The notes: generated by a model from the sequence alone, not told the origin. Numbered from the stretch's first letter, positions 1 to 11,702 are shown. The stretch is DNA of 64,000 nucleotides from Octopus vulgaris (GCA_951406725.2 OX597823.1:4836001-4900000); one strand, 5' to 3'. A program made the numbers and translations.

Positions 1-112
1 TCAACTAATACATTATCATTGTACTTTAGTCTTCTTCTGATACTGTTTCTGTATTTTCTACTGCTTTTTATTTTGCACATAGTGTGTGTGTGTGTGTGCA
101 TGCGTAATGATT

Positions 113-655
113 AGTGACCGAGACCTTTCACAATATGCCGTGCATGAGAAGACCCAACACACCAAGTGAAATCATAGTCATGAACAATATTGGTGTCTTG
201 TAACTGACACCTGTGCAGGTGGTATGTAAAAAGTACCTTTCGAGCAATGGGCCTCACGGAGGTTATGTGGCTGATGCTGGTCTCACATAACTAGCACCTG
301 AGCCAGTAGCACGTAAAAGCACCTTTGACGCGTTGGGCCTCATAGACGCAGTGACAAATGACCAAGACCTTTGGTAACATGCTGTGTTTGAGAAGATTTA
401 TTAAGCCAAGTGAAAATGTAGTCTTGGCAGATACTGGTGTCACGCATCTGGCACCTGTGCTGGTGACATGTAAAAGCACCCATTACACTCTTGGAGTGGT
501 TGGCATTAGGAAGGGCATCCAGCTGTAGAAACCATGCCAAATAAGACTGGAGTCTGGTGCAGCCCCTCAGCTTTCCAGCCCTGGCCATCCAACCCATCGC
601 AGAATAGACAGTGGATGTTAAATAATGATGATGATGGCAATGATGACAGCAATGA
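113..655 (+). mobile_element. Degraded RTE LINE 3' end and 3' UTR with (GAT)n tail
   Basis: Resembles 8180-8704 (gaccgagaccttt..., taaaagcacc units, ggagtggttggcattaggaagggcatccagctgtagaaac) and ends in a gatgatg tail. Confidence 0.75.
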
Positions 656-669
656 CGATATGTGTGTGT

Positions 670-1792
670 GTCCATTCTTCAACTAAAACAGTTTCCAATT
701 CTTGTAGTGATGATGGTGCAGGATATTGACTCCTTACTTGTTTTTCTAAAATGCACCATAAATGTTTGATAATATTGAGATCTGGGGACTGTGGTGGCCA
801 GATAAGATGTTCGACTTCACTAGAATGTTCCCCATGCCATTCAGTAACAACTTTAGCTGTGTGAATTGATGCATTATCATCCTGAAAGATTGTGTTTCCC
901 TCCGGAAACAGTTCCGCAACCATAGGATTAATTTGATCTGATAAAATGCTTAAATAGTCTTAACTAATAATTATTCCACAAAGGGAGACCATTGGGCCAG
1001 CAGATTTCCAGGATATAGCCCCTCCAGATCATCACAGATCCTCCTCCATGTTTAACAGTTGGAAGAAGGCAATTTTGGTCAAATGCTTCTTTTGGCTGTC
1101 TCCACACATATACTAGGCCAGTGGACGGAAATAAGGTAGAGGATGACTCGTCCAAGAAAATAACATTCTTCCACTGCTCTAGGGACCAATTCTGTCGGTT
1201 TTTATTCCACTCTAAATGCTTTGCAACGTTTGTTTTTGAAAGTAGTGGTCTTCTGATTGCAGCCCTCCCACGAAATCTGACTTCGTGCAGCTCCCAGCGA
1301 AAACTTTTTGTGGAAACTGGGTTCTAGATGTGGTCATTAAGCTCTGCAGTAATTTTGGGAGCTGTACTTTTGTGATTCTTTCTAACAACTTGTGCAAGAG
1401 TCCAATGGTCTCTATCTGAAAGTTTTGGTTTTCTTCCAGAGTTTTGTATCAACGAAGAGGTTTTTCTCTCTTTCTCAAAGGCTGTCATTACTTTTGAGAC
1501 AGTACTTCTTGATACACCCAACATTTCAGCTATTTTCGTTATGCTAGCACCTGCCATACGAGCACCAACAATTTGACCTCTTTGAAAGTTCGACAGATCT
1601 GTCATTTTACTTAATTTTAATTACCTTTTTCTGATGATATGTGAAAAGAAACAGTAATTTTAGCAAAACACATTAAGCAACACAAATAATAAATAAAAAA
1701 ACAAAAATAAAGAAGCTTTTGATGTTTTTATATATATTTCAAAATTATGATGCTATGATGCTAGGTGTTTCCATTATTCTGTCCAACCCCTG
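670..1792 (-). mobile_element. Tc1-family DNA transposon, frameshifted transposase, one TIR retained
   Basis: Minus ORFs 1324-1605 (HTH: QRGQIVGARMAGAS...SGRKPKLSDRD), 964-1155 (DES...PTVKHGGGSVMIW) and 618-923 (FQDDNASIH, WPPQSPDLNIIK with catalytic E->K); terminus TA|CAGGGGTTGGACAG at 1792. Confidence 0.93.
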
Positions 1793-1795
1793 TAT

Positions 1796-1826
<31 letters not shown>

Positions 1827-1877
1827 TATATATATATATACATATATACATATATATATATATATATTTATGTATAT

Positions 1878-2600
1878 GCTTGAAAGAAATGGAGCCAGTA
1901 TGTTTCATTGGATGTGCAATGTCAGTGTGCATGTTTGACAGAGTGTAAGCATCTTAAGAGAGAAGTTGGGCATAAGAGGCGTCAGATGTGGTGTGCAAGA
2001 GAGACAACTGCTCTGTATGGTCATCCGATGCATATGGAGCTGAACTGTTGTGTAAAGAAGTGCTGATCTCTAACTGTGGAGGGAACCTGTGATAAAAGTA
2101 GACCCAAGAAGACATTGGATGAGGTGGTGAAGCATGATCTTCAATCTTTGGGCCTAACAGAGGCAATGACTAGTGACCGAGACCTTTGGCTGTATGCCGT
2201 GCTTGAGAAGATCCATCAAGCCGAGTGAAATAGTAGTCACGGCTGATGTTGGCATCACGTAACTTGGCACCCATGGTGGAGGCACGTAAAAAGCTCCTTT
2301 CAAGTGTTGAGCCTCACGGAGGCAATTATTGAGAACTTTGGTATTATGTAATGCTTAAGAAGACCCATCAAGCCAAATAAAATCAGTCATGGCAGATACC
2401 GGTATCATGTAAATGGCACCCATGCCGGTTGCACGTAAATCAACTCACTACACTCTCAGAGTGGATGGCATTAGGAAGGGCATCCAGCTGTAGAAACCAT
2501 GCCAAATAAGACCAGTGTCTGGTGCAGCCTTCCATCTTGCCACCCCTGGTCAAACTGTCTAACACATGCCAGCATGGACAACAAAATGATGATGGTGATG
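1878..2600 (+). mobile_element. Old RTE LINE 3' fragment with 3' UTR
   Basis: Decayed copy of the 7900-8700 sequence (aatgaagccagtatg...ttggatgtg, agacccaggaagacatgggatgaggtggtgaag) with GAT tail. Confidence 0.8.
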
Positions 2601-2611
2601 ATATATATATG

Positions 2612-2897
2612 TGGAGGCGCAATGGCCCAGTGGTTAGGGCAGCAGACTCGCGGTCGTAGGATCGCGGTTTCGATTCCCAGACCGGGCGTTGTGAGTGTTT
2701 ATTGTGTGAAAACACCTAAAGCTCCACGAGGCTCCGGCAAGGGGTGGTGGTGATCCCTGCTGTACTCTTTCACTCTTTCTTCTATCGGCCTGCTCACTTA
2801 GCCAGTGGGGTGGCATCATTTGAAGGCTAAAACAATGCAAAGCGCATTGTGACCAGTGATGTGTAGCAACATCTGATGGCCTGGTCGGTCATGTGAT

Positions 2898-2903
<6 letters not shown>
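2612..2903 (+). mobile_element. tRNA-derived SINE
   Basis: tRNA-like head with A box TGGCCCAGTGG and B box GTTTCGATTCC; flanked by (TA)n. Confidence 0.75.
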
Positions 2904-2940
<37 letters not shown>

Positions 2941-2945
<5 letters not shown>

Positions 2946-3190
2946 GTGACACATAAAAGCACCATCCGTTCGTGGCCGTTTGCCAGCTCTGTCTGGCACC
3001 TGTGCGGGTGGTACGTAAAAAGCACCCACTACACTCATGGAGTGGTTGGCATTAGGAAGGGCATCCAGCCATAGAAACACTGCCAGATCTGACTGGGCCT
3101 GGTGCAGCCCCCAGGCTTCCCAGACCCCGATCGAACCGTCCAACCCGTGCTAGCGCGGAAAATGGACGTTAAACGATGATGATGATGATG
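2941..3190 (+). mobile_element. 5'-truncated RTE 3' UTR copy
   Basis: Matches 8455-8704; (GAT)n tail; embedded in (TA)n. Confidence 0.85.
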
Positions 3191-3404
3191 ATATATATAT
3201 AGTAAGTGAAGCATGTTTTATATATCAACATTATATAGATATATATATAGTACAAAGTAAGTATATATATATAGTACAAAGTAAGATAGGGGTTATGAAA
3301 GTAACCCACAATGGGATATCAGTTATCCAGTTGTTTTTATTGGATAGTAAGTGAAGCATGTGTTATATATCAACATTATTATTATACTTTTCTAGTTATT
3401 TAAA

Positions 3405-3536
3405 TCCTCTGACGAGGCCTTTGGTTATTTAAACATACAAGTATAATTTTTAATGCCTAGAACTGTATCACACTGGCATCTATAGGCAATATAAGTTGAA
3501 TTGACTCTTGACCATAGGCTGAAACAGCTGTAAGGA
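3405..3536 (+). ncRNA. Type I hammerhead ribozyme motif with long stem II
   Basis: TCCT-CTGACGA-GGCCTTTGGTT...GACCATAGGCT-GAAA-CAGCTG-TA-AGGA: stem I TCCT/AGGA, intact core, palindromic stem III, GUA site. Confidence 0.8.
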
Positions 3537-3701
3537 GCAGTTTATTTGTATTATTTTTATTTTTATTATTATATTACATATTGATGTATATTGTTTTGTT
3601 CGATTTTAATGTTACCATTTGTATAATTAATAAATAATGTGAAATTGTAATATCCATAAATTGATGATTGAAATGAATTTGTTTCTCCATTTTCTTATTT
3701 G

Positions 3702-3738
<37 letters not shown>

Positions 3739-4159
3739 GTGGCAATCCCAGGATGGGATGAATATAACTGTTATAAGAAATATTGCTTCTAGCTGGTTAA
3801 GGACACAGAGCTTTTGTGTTGTTTTGCCATCATCGTCGTCACCATCATCATCCTCATCACTGTGTTATTACCCTATTACCCCCACCATACTTATTATCAT
3901 TATCACCAATGGGGAGGCTGATTTGCTGGTGTAAAGGTAACATGCTTAGTTGCGTTAACAAAGGGATGTGTGTTCAACTCCCACGCGGATAGGAAAAGTC
4001 ATTGCACAGTGATCGCTGTAAGCTTTAAACTCATATAAAAAATACCATTATTATTATTATTTACAGGATTGTAAACTTGGCGCCGTATAAAAAACCATTT
4101 GCACCAAAAGCACACACACACACATATATATATATGTGTATGTATGTATTTTTATTCTT

Positions 4160-4350
4160 TTATTCTTTTACTTGTTTCAGTCATTTGACTGCGGCCATGC
4201 TGGAGCACTGCCTTGAGTTGAGAAATCGACCCCAGGACTTATTCTTTGTAAGCCCAGTACTGATTCTATCGGGGATGTAAACACATCAGCATTGGTTATC
4301 AAGCGATGTTGAGGGAACAAACACAGACACACAAACATATACACACACAT

Positions 4351-4419
<69 letters not shown>

Positions 4420-4541
4420 CATATATACGATGGGCTTCTTTCAGTTTCCGTCTACCAAATCCACTTACAAGGCTTGCCCAAGGTGCCACACAGTGGGACT
4501 AACCCGGAACCATGTGGTTGGTAAACAAGCTACTTACCACA
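4160..4541 (-). mobile_element. Octopus-type tRNA-derived SINE with internal microsatellite, internally deleted
   Basis: Reverse complement of the 56840-57240 family. Confidence 0.8.
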
Positions 4542-4547
4542 TATATT

Positions 4548-4670
4548 GATTTCAAATTTTGGCACAAGGCCAGCAATTTCGGGGAAAGGAGTAAGTCAAT
4601 TACTCTGACCCCAGTACTCAACTGGTACTTATTTTATTGACTCCAAAAGGATGAAAGGCAAAGTCGACTG
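4548..4670 (-). mobile_element. MetaSINE-like SINE fragment
   Basis: Reverse complement of gtcgactttgcctttcatcctttt...ataagtaccagtt...tactgggg core. Confidence 0.65.
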
Positions 4671-4754
4671 CAGTAGGTGTCTGGAAAACATCAGCATTGT
4701 TGGGCTGAATTAAATGTATGCTGAGAACTACTTTCGTTTGTTTACCGGTACATA

Positions 4755-4973
4755 CACTAATCCCTCGACTATCGCGGATGTTCTGTTCCAAGAACCCCCC
4801 GCGATAGGTGAAAATCCTCGAAGTAAAAACAGTGCTGTATATATATTTTTATTATTTTTTAAATTTGTTTTTATTCATTTTATTATAAAAGCAAAACAAC
4901 ACCATGGAGGAATCGATGGAAGCTAAAATAATAAACCACGATAGGTGAACCGCGATATGACGAGGGATTACTG
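4755..4973. mobile_element. Tc1/mariner-pogo-type MITE
   Basis: TIRs CACTAATCCCTCG / CGAGGGATTACTG with TA on both sides. Confidence 0.8.
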
Positions 4974-5544
4974 TACAAGCATACAGACATATATGATTAC
5001 ATATTTGTATGTATACAAATATGTAGATGTGTATATACATACATACATATGTGCGTGCTTGTGTATGATTCTATACATTAGAAATACAACAAACCAATTA
5101 TAAGTTCACTGAGAAACTCGCAACTACCGACGCTATTGTTCACAAACTGCATTGCAAAGCAAAACACAAACATGGTGTTTTGCCGACTCCCAACTCCACC
5201 ATCACCAGACGACGACGGCCACCACCACCACCACCATCGTCATTGCCCCCCCCCCCACTCGTATCTTACCCTATCCGAAATACCCAATAAATTAAAGTCA
5301 TACTTCAGAAAATTACGTCGATGTTTATTTTATGCCATTGTCTATAATACGATCCTTAATGTCTTGGACAGAGAGAGAGAGAGATACAGAAAGAAGGAAG
5401 TGGGGGACGTTAATGTGAAGTCTGAAGGTTAAGTGCACTCTGTGACCTCTCCTGCTTCAATTTTGCTGTCAGTTTACTATTCTCATTGCTGTTGTGATTT
5501 TAAAGTAATTTACTAGCATTTGTTTGGGGTTTTTTGGTATTATT

Positions 5545-5572
5545 ACAATTATTATTATTGTCATTATCATCA

Positions 5573-5613
<41 letters not shown>

Positions 5614-6800
5614 TTGGTTCATTGCATGCTTATTTTCTGGGGTTTGTTTTTCTTATTTTTGAAGTTATTGAGTTTAAATGGTGGAGATGGTGGTGGTGGT
5701 GGTGGTGGCGGCGGCGGCGGCGGCGGTCATGGATGTAGGGACAAGATAAAAACCTGGAACCTTCTTTCTTTTTCGTCTGACATCATTATTGCAGTAATAA
5801 TAGTCGTCATCATCATCGTCTTCGTCATCATTGTCGTTGTTGTCATTATCATCATCATCATCGTCGTCGTCATCATCATCATCATCATCATCACCGTGTT
5901 ATCATTACCCCCTCCGCCCCATACATATTACCAATCATCACCATCAACATTACAAACAAACGTGTGAGCTTCTTTGCCATGCTAGAAATAACAGCTAGAC
6001 CTACTTGAAAATTATATGCTGGCAGCTTAAAAGGTCCAAGCGTACATTTGATAATGTAATCCTAGATACACGATGCCTGCAAAAAAAGATGGCATGGTTA
6101 TGGTTGGAAAGCCTTTAATCAGAGGTTTCCCCCTCTTACAGAGTTGGCCAGCAGCTAAACATCATCACCATCACCATCATCATCGGCATCAGCAGCACCA
6201 CCAACAACATTATTTGGTTACTTATTGGTAATTTTCATTATCATTATGATCTTCATCACCACAACCGCCACCTACACCACAACCATCCATCTCCTCCTCC
6301 TCCTCCTCCTTGTCATTGCTATTATCATCATCATCATCACGACCGTCATCATCATCATCATTGTAATCCTCGTTGTAATCATAACATAATCGTCATCATC
6401 ATCATCATTGTCATCATCGTCATTGTTTTTGTTGTCATCACTATCATCACTATCACCATCAGCAGCAGTAGCAACAGCAGCAGCATCATCGCCATCAACA
6501 TTGTCATCACCATCATTATCACTATCATCATCATCATCATCATCAACAAGAGCACAATAAGAACATCATCACCAATCAATTAGGACAACAGCAGTAAAAT
6601 GACATCCACAAATTATTTGCTACCACTACCACCATCTACCTCACCTCCACCATGACCACCACTGCTGCTGACACCACAGTAGCACCAACTAACCACGACC
6701 ACAACCACTAACACTGTCATCACCACCGATACTAGCACCATGACCACCACCAACAACCACTACCCCACCACCACCAACAACCATCGCCACTATGGCAACT
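5545..6800. repeat. Compound trinucleotide low-complexity tract (ATT, GGT, GGC, CAT, CAG, CAC)
   Basis: Directly visible; source of spurious poly-I/G/M ORFs. Confidence 0.9.
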
Positions 6801-7195
6801 AATGGGAGTTAAGAAAAAAATACATTTCCACTCAAATGTCAGAACCATTATTTGCTATGTGACACGCAAATGCGAAGTACAGGGTCTGCCTTTTTTCTTT
6901 TTTTGTTTATGGCTGTCTTTATTTTCTCATTTGCATCCACTCACCATCATACCTGAACATGAATCTCTTGTCACCTCCACACCTTATTCCTACAAATGTC
7001 TAGTCATTCACCCTCAAACAACCAATTCCATTGCTGCTGCCTCCATCACAATGGCAATCATACCATAGAACCCCTTGCTGCCTCAGATGTGATTTTACAG
7101 ATGTGAATCCTTCAGTAATGCAGTTTTAATCACATCCTGCTCATCTATCTATCTGCCTTCCTCTTTCTCTCTCTCATATCTGTGTGTATATATAT

Positions 7196-8704
7196 AGTCC
7201 TCAGCCCCCTCCTATTTATCATAGTCCTCCAGGCAATAACGGAGGAATTCAAGACAGGATGCCCCTGGGAGCTCCTCTATGCTGATGACCTTGCTCTAAT
7301 TGCTGAATCACTATCGGAACTCGAGGAGAAGTTTCAGGTGTGGAAGCAAGGATTAGAATCGAAGGGCCTTAGAATCAATCTAGCTAAAACCAAAGTCCTA
7401 ATAAGTAGGAAGGTAGACAAATTTCAAACGCCATCAGGTAGATGGCCCTGCTCGATCTGTAGAAAAGGCGTAGGTAGGAACTCTATAAGATGCACCAAGT
7501 GTAAGCTATGGACACATAAGAGGTGCAGCAATGTCAAAGGAAGGCTAACTAGGAAAATAGTTTTTGTATGTGGCAGATGCTCCAGTGCAATAAACACTGA
7601 AAGTGCGCAGAGACCATCTTCCGTCACATTCCAGGGAGAAAAACTTGAAATAGTTGATAGTTTCCGTTACCTAGGTGACCAAGTCAGTTGCGAGGGTGGG
7701 TGTGCCGAAAGTGTAACTGCTAGAGTAAGAATAGCCTGGGCAAAGTTCAGAGAGCTCTTACCTCTGCTGGTGACAAAAGGCCTCTCGCTCAGAGTAAAAG
7801 GCAGACTGTATGACGCATGTGTGCGAACAGCCATGCTACATGGCAGTGAAACATAGGCCGTGACTGCTGAGGATATGCGTAAGCTTGCAAGAAATGAAGC
7901 CAGTATGCTCCATTGGATGTGTAATGTCAGTGTTCATACCAGACAGAGTGTAAGTGCCTTGAGAGAAAAGTTGAACCTAAGAGGCATCAGTTGTGGTGTG
8001 CAAGAGAGACGTCTACACTGGTATGGACACGTAGTAAGAATGGATGAAGATAGTTGTGTGAAAAAGTGCCACACCTTGGCGGTTGAGGGAACCTGTGGAA
8101 GAGGCAGACCCAGGAAAACCTGGGACGAGGTGGTGAAGAACGACCTTCGCTCTTTAGGTCTCACCGAGGAAATGACCAGAGACCGAGACCTTTGGAAGTA
8201 TGCTGTGTGTGAGAAGACCCGGCTGGACAAGTGAAGCCATAACCCATGGCCCCTACATGGAACATAGTCAGTGCACCTATGCATAGCTTCCTTCTTGGGA
8301 CACATAACTCTACTTGTGAAGACCTGTTGAGGCAAGTGAAAATGGACAAAATCAAAAGCAAACTCGATGAACATTAATGGAATTTGTAGTTTTGTGGTGG
8401 CACATACGAAAACCAACCAAACGTGGCCGTAGCCAGTACCGCATTGACTGGCCTCCGTGCCAGTGGCACGTAAAAAACACCATTCGAGCGTGGCCGTTTG
8501 CCAGCCTCGTCTGGCACCTGTGTCGGTGGCACATAAAATCACCCACTACACTCTCGGAGTGGTTGGCGTTAGGAAGGGCATCCAACTGTAGAAACACTGC
8601 CAGATATGACTGGCCTGGTGCAGCCTTCGGGCTTGCCAGACCCCAGTTGAACCGTCCAACCCATGCTAGCATGGAAAGCGGACGTTAAACGATGATGATG
8701 ATGA
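7196..8704 (+). mobile_element. 5'-truncated RTE-clade LINE (RT C-terminus + 3' UTR + (GAT)n tail)
   Basis: LSPLLF, LLYADDL, FRYLG, AMLHGSET*(TGG->TAG at 7854), [20 protein letters not shown]; single in-frame stop; ORF ends 8234; flanked by (TA)n. Confidence 0.95.
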
Positions 8705-8732
8705 TTATATTTATATATATTATATATATATA

Positions 8733-9477
8733 TACTCTTTTACTTGTTTCAGTCATTTGACTGCGGCCATGCTGGAGCACCGCCTTTAGTCGAGCAAATC
8801 GACCCCGGGACTTATTCTTTGTAAGCCTAGTACTTATTCTATCGGTCTCTTTTGCCGAACCGCTAAGTGACGGGGACGTAAACACACCAGCATCGGTTGT
8901 CAAGCAATGCTAGTGGGACAAACACAGACACACAAACATACACACACATACATATACATATATATATGTTTATATATATGCATATATTTCATTAACATAT
9001 TATACGACTAAACGCACGCACCCTATTAAGTAAGATTGTTCTGTTTATCAAGTTAGCCTTGATATTAACTCTCACGCGACTCTGCATCTTTCTCCCCCAT
9101 TCCCGTCGTCCTTCTGCGACGATACTTCCGTCGTAACTGCTATCCTGTCTTTTCTCGCCCGCCTTCTAAGGCTACTGGTCGATATTCTTTCCCTCTCGTC
9201 GTCCACTATAATCCAGCGTTTGCAATACTTTTTTCGTCTGGAGTTAACAGCCCTTCTTATCTTGTTCTCCTTGTCCTGTCTCTCACTGTTATATATTTAT
9301 TTTTATTGTCCTGTATCTCTTTTTTTTGCTTGTCTTGTTCCTTGGTTTGTGTCTATGTTTTTCGTCTCTCTATGTGTTCGACGTCTTTTTTGTGTCCTGT
9401 ACACATATATGCGTGTATATGTACATGTAGAGGTAGGTACATACATATATGTTTATATATATGCATATATTTCATTA

Positions 9478-9518
<41 letters not shown>

Positions 9519-9685
9519 TACGACAGGCTTCTTTCAGTTTCCGTCTACCAAATCCACTCACAAGGCATTAGTCGGCCCGGGGCTATAGCAGAAGACACTT
9601 GCCCAAGATGCCACGCAGTGGGACTGAACCCGGAACCATGTGGTTGGTTAGCAAGCTACTTACCACACAGCCACTACTGCGCCTA
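8733..9685 (-). mobile_element. tRNA-derived SINE split by a ~520-bp insertion in its internal microsatellite
   Basis: 3' half 8733-8950 and 5' head 9520-9685 match the 56840-57240 family. Confidence 0.8.
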
Positions 9686-9721
9686 CATATATATATATAT
9701 AATATATAGCGCCTATATATA

Positions 9722-9751
<30 letters not shown>

Positions 9752-9753
<2 letters not shown>

Positions 9754-10322
9754 CATCATCATCATCATCATCGTTTAACATCCGCTTTCCATGCTAGCAT
9801 GGGTTGGATGGTTCAACTGGGGTCTGGGAAGCCCGAAGGCTGCACCAGGCCAGTCAGATCTGGCAGTGTTTCTACAGCTGGATGCCCTTCCTAATGCCAA
9901 CAACTCCATGAGTGTAGTGGGTGCTTTTTATGTGCCACCAACAGAGGTGCCAGATGAGGCTGGCAAACAGCCACGCTTGGATCTTGGTCGTTGCCGGCGT
10001 CGCCCTGTCTAGCCTCTGTGTCGGTGGCACGTAAAAGCACCATCCGTTCGTGTCCGTTGCCAGCCTCGCCTGGCCCCCGTGCCGGTGACACATAAAAGCA
10101 CCATCCATTCGTGGCCGTTTGCCAGCTCTGTCTGGCACCTGTGCGGGTGGCACATAAAAAGCACCCACTACACTCACGGAGTGGTTGGCGTTAGGAAGGG
10201 CATCCAGCCGTAGAAACACTGCCAGATCTGACTGGGCCTGATGAAGCCTTCCAGCTTCAAAGACCCCAGTTGAACTGTCCAACCCATGCTAGCATGGAAA
10301 ACGGACGCTAAATGATGATGGT
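9752..10322. mobile_element. Two RTE 3' UTR copies in inverted orientation
   Basis: Minus copy 9752-~9980 starting with (CAT)n; plus copy ~9982-10322 ending in (GAT)n. Confidence 0.85.
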
Positions 10323-10439
10323 GATATATATATATTTAAAGTTAATCCAAACATGAAAGCACAAAAAAACACAACAACGCAAGGACGTGGAAGAAATATA
10401 GTATTATTTGGACGCACAGGAAAGAAGGAAAGAAGGAGG

Positions 10440-10474
10440 GTTTAACGTTTCGAGCGGAGCTCTTCGTCGGAAAC
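10440..10474 (-). ncRNA. Minimal type I hammerhead ribozyme motif (CCGACGA core)
   Basis: Minus strand GTTT-CCGACGA-A-GAGC-TCC-GCTC-GAAA-CG-TT-AAAC. Confidence 0.7.
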
Positions 10475-10562
10475 ATAGAAGGAAAGATCCAGAGAAGGGA
10501 AGACAGAGGAAAAAAAATTGCCAACGGTACACATGCGATCACATCTTTCACATATATATATA

Positions 10563-10629
<67 letters not shown>

Positions 10630-10632
<3 letters not shown>

Positions 10633-10750
10633 TTGGGATTTTACCAATAGAACCACAACTTCTATTTGAGGATAACCTTATGGTATGGAATACACATAGA
10701 TAGGTTATCCTGAAATAGGAGTTGCAGTTCTATTGGTAAAATCCCAAATT
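10630..10750. repeat. ~120-bp palindromic hairpin / MITE
   Basis: aatttgggattttaccaatagaac...aggataacct mirrored by aggttatcct...gttctattggtaaaatcccaaatt. Confidence 0.8.
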
Positions 10751-10856
10751 TGTAATTTATAAATGATACTGTTTACATTGCTTTAGTAAAGTGTAAAATA
10801 GTAAATGGCCTGATAACCTGGAATATTTATTATTCCCTAAGATTTTTAAAAATATT

Positions 10857-10891
<35 letters not shown>

Positions 10892-11369
10892 GATAGATAG
10901 GATAGATACACACACACATTCACCAACACACATGCACATCTAATTACATATATGTGTACAGGTGTATATATACACCCACCCACCTCCACACACACATGTC
11001 TGTATGGATGTATATACAAATGGTAAACACTAAGAAAAATGACAGACAAATGTAGGAGAAATGGCAGACTAATACTGAAAAAAAAAGGGACAAAGTAATA
11101 AAGGGGGAAAATGATTGAAGGGAACAAATAAACAGCAGTTGAAAGAAAAACTGGAGAAAAATGGTAGAATTTAAAGAATAAAATGAAGGAAACAGAAAGA
11201 GAATTGTCAAAATAAAGAAAAGAAATAAGATAAAGATTCTGTGATTAAGAAGAATGGTAGAAAGAGTTTCGAAAGTTGTAAAAATAATGTTAACTATGGA
11301 TGGTCGGATAAATTTATTCAATTTTTATATTCCTTTTTATTTTATTCTGTATTTTTCATCAACAACTTT

Positions 11370-11702
11370 TTAAGAATCAGTCGATTTTCCTTCATTCTTC
11401 ATGACTTCTTGCCAACGTTCCATTAGTTAAGGGATTGGCTTGGATCCTCATAGCAAGTTCGTTCAGTCAACCCTTTTTCAACTAAACATGTTGGCCAGAA
11501 CACCAAGTGTCTCCGAGATGGAATTTTCCATCCTTGAAACATGTAAACCATTTTTGTATAGTCTTTCAGTAACAGTGCCTTCTCCATACACAGCAGAAGT
11601 ATCTCAAGTGGCTTTGACAGCTCTGGAACCTTGATTTCAAGCAAACAACCAGGTGTCAAAAAATGCCCATTCTTTTCTACTCGGTACTCCATCATCATAT
11701 AT
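11370..11702 (-). pseudogene. Internally deleted, frameshifted mariner transposase remnant
   Basis: MEYRVEKNGHF, alternate frames AVYGEGTVTER and WFTCFKDGKFHLGD (mariner HTH), joined to C-terminal ERWQEVMKNEGK. Confidence 0.75.

Noticed and set aside
2612-2690. tRNA-like sequence (also 3915-3990 and 56840-56910)
   Set aside because: Cloverleaf stems are imperfect and continue into SINE bodies; these are SINE heads, not tRNA genes
5520-6579. Poly-Ile/Gly/Met ORFs
   Set aside because: Trinucleotide low-complexity DNA with no domain signal
8352-8688. Recurring ORFs containing LQLDALPNANHS
   Set aside because: Antisense or off-frame translations of the multicopy RTE 3' UTR, not a gene family
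11423-11698. 91-aa minus ORF preceded by a ttttcAG acceptor, resembling a host exon
   Set aside because: Alternate frames read as mariner transposase HTH and C-terminus; it is a frameshifted remnant
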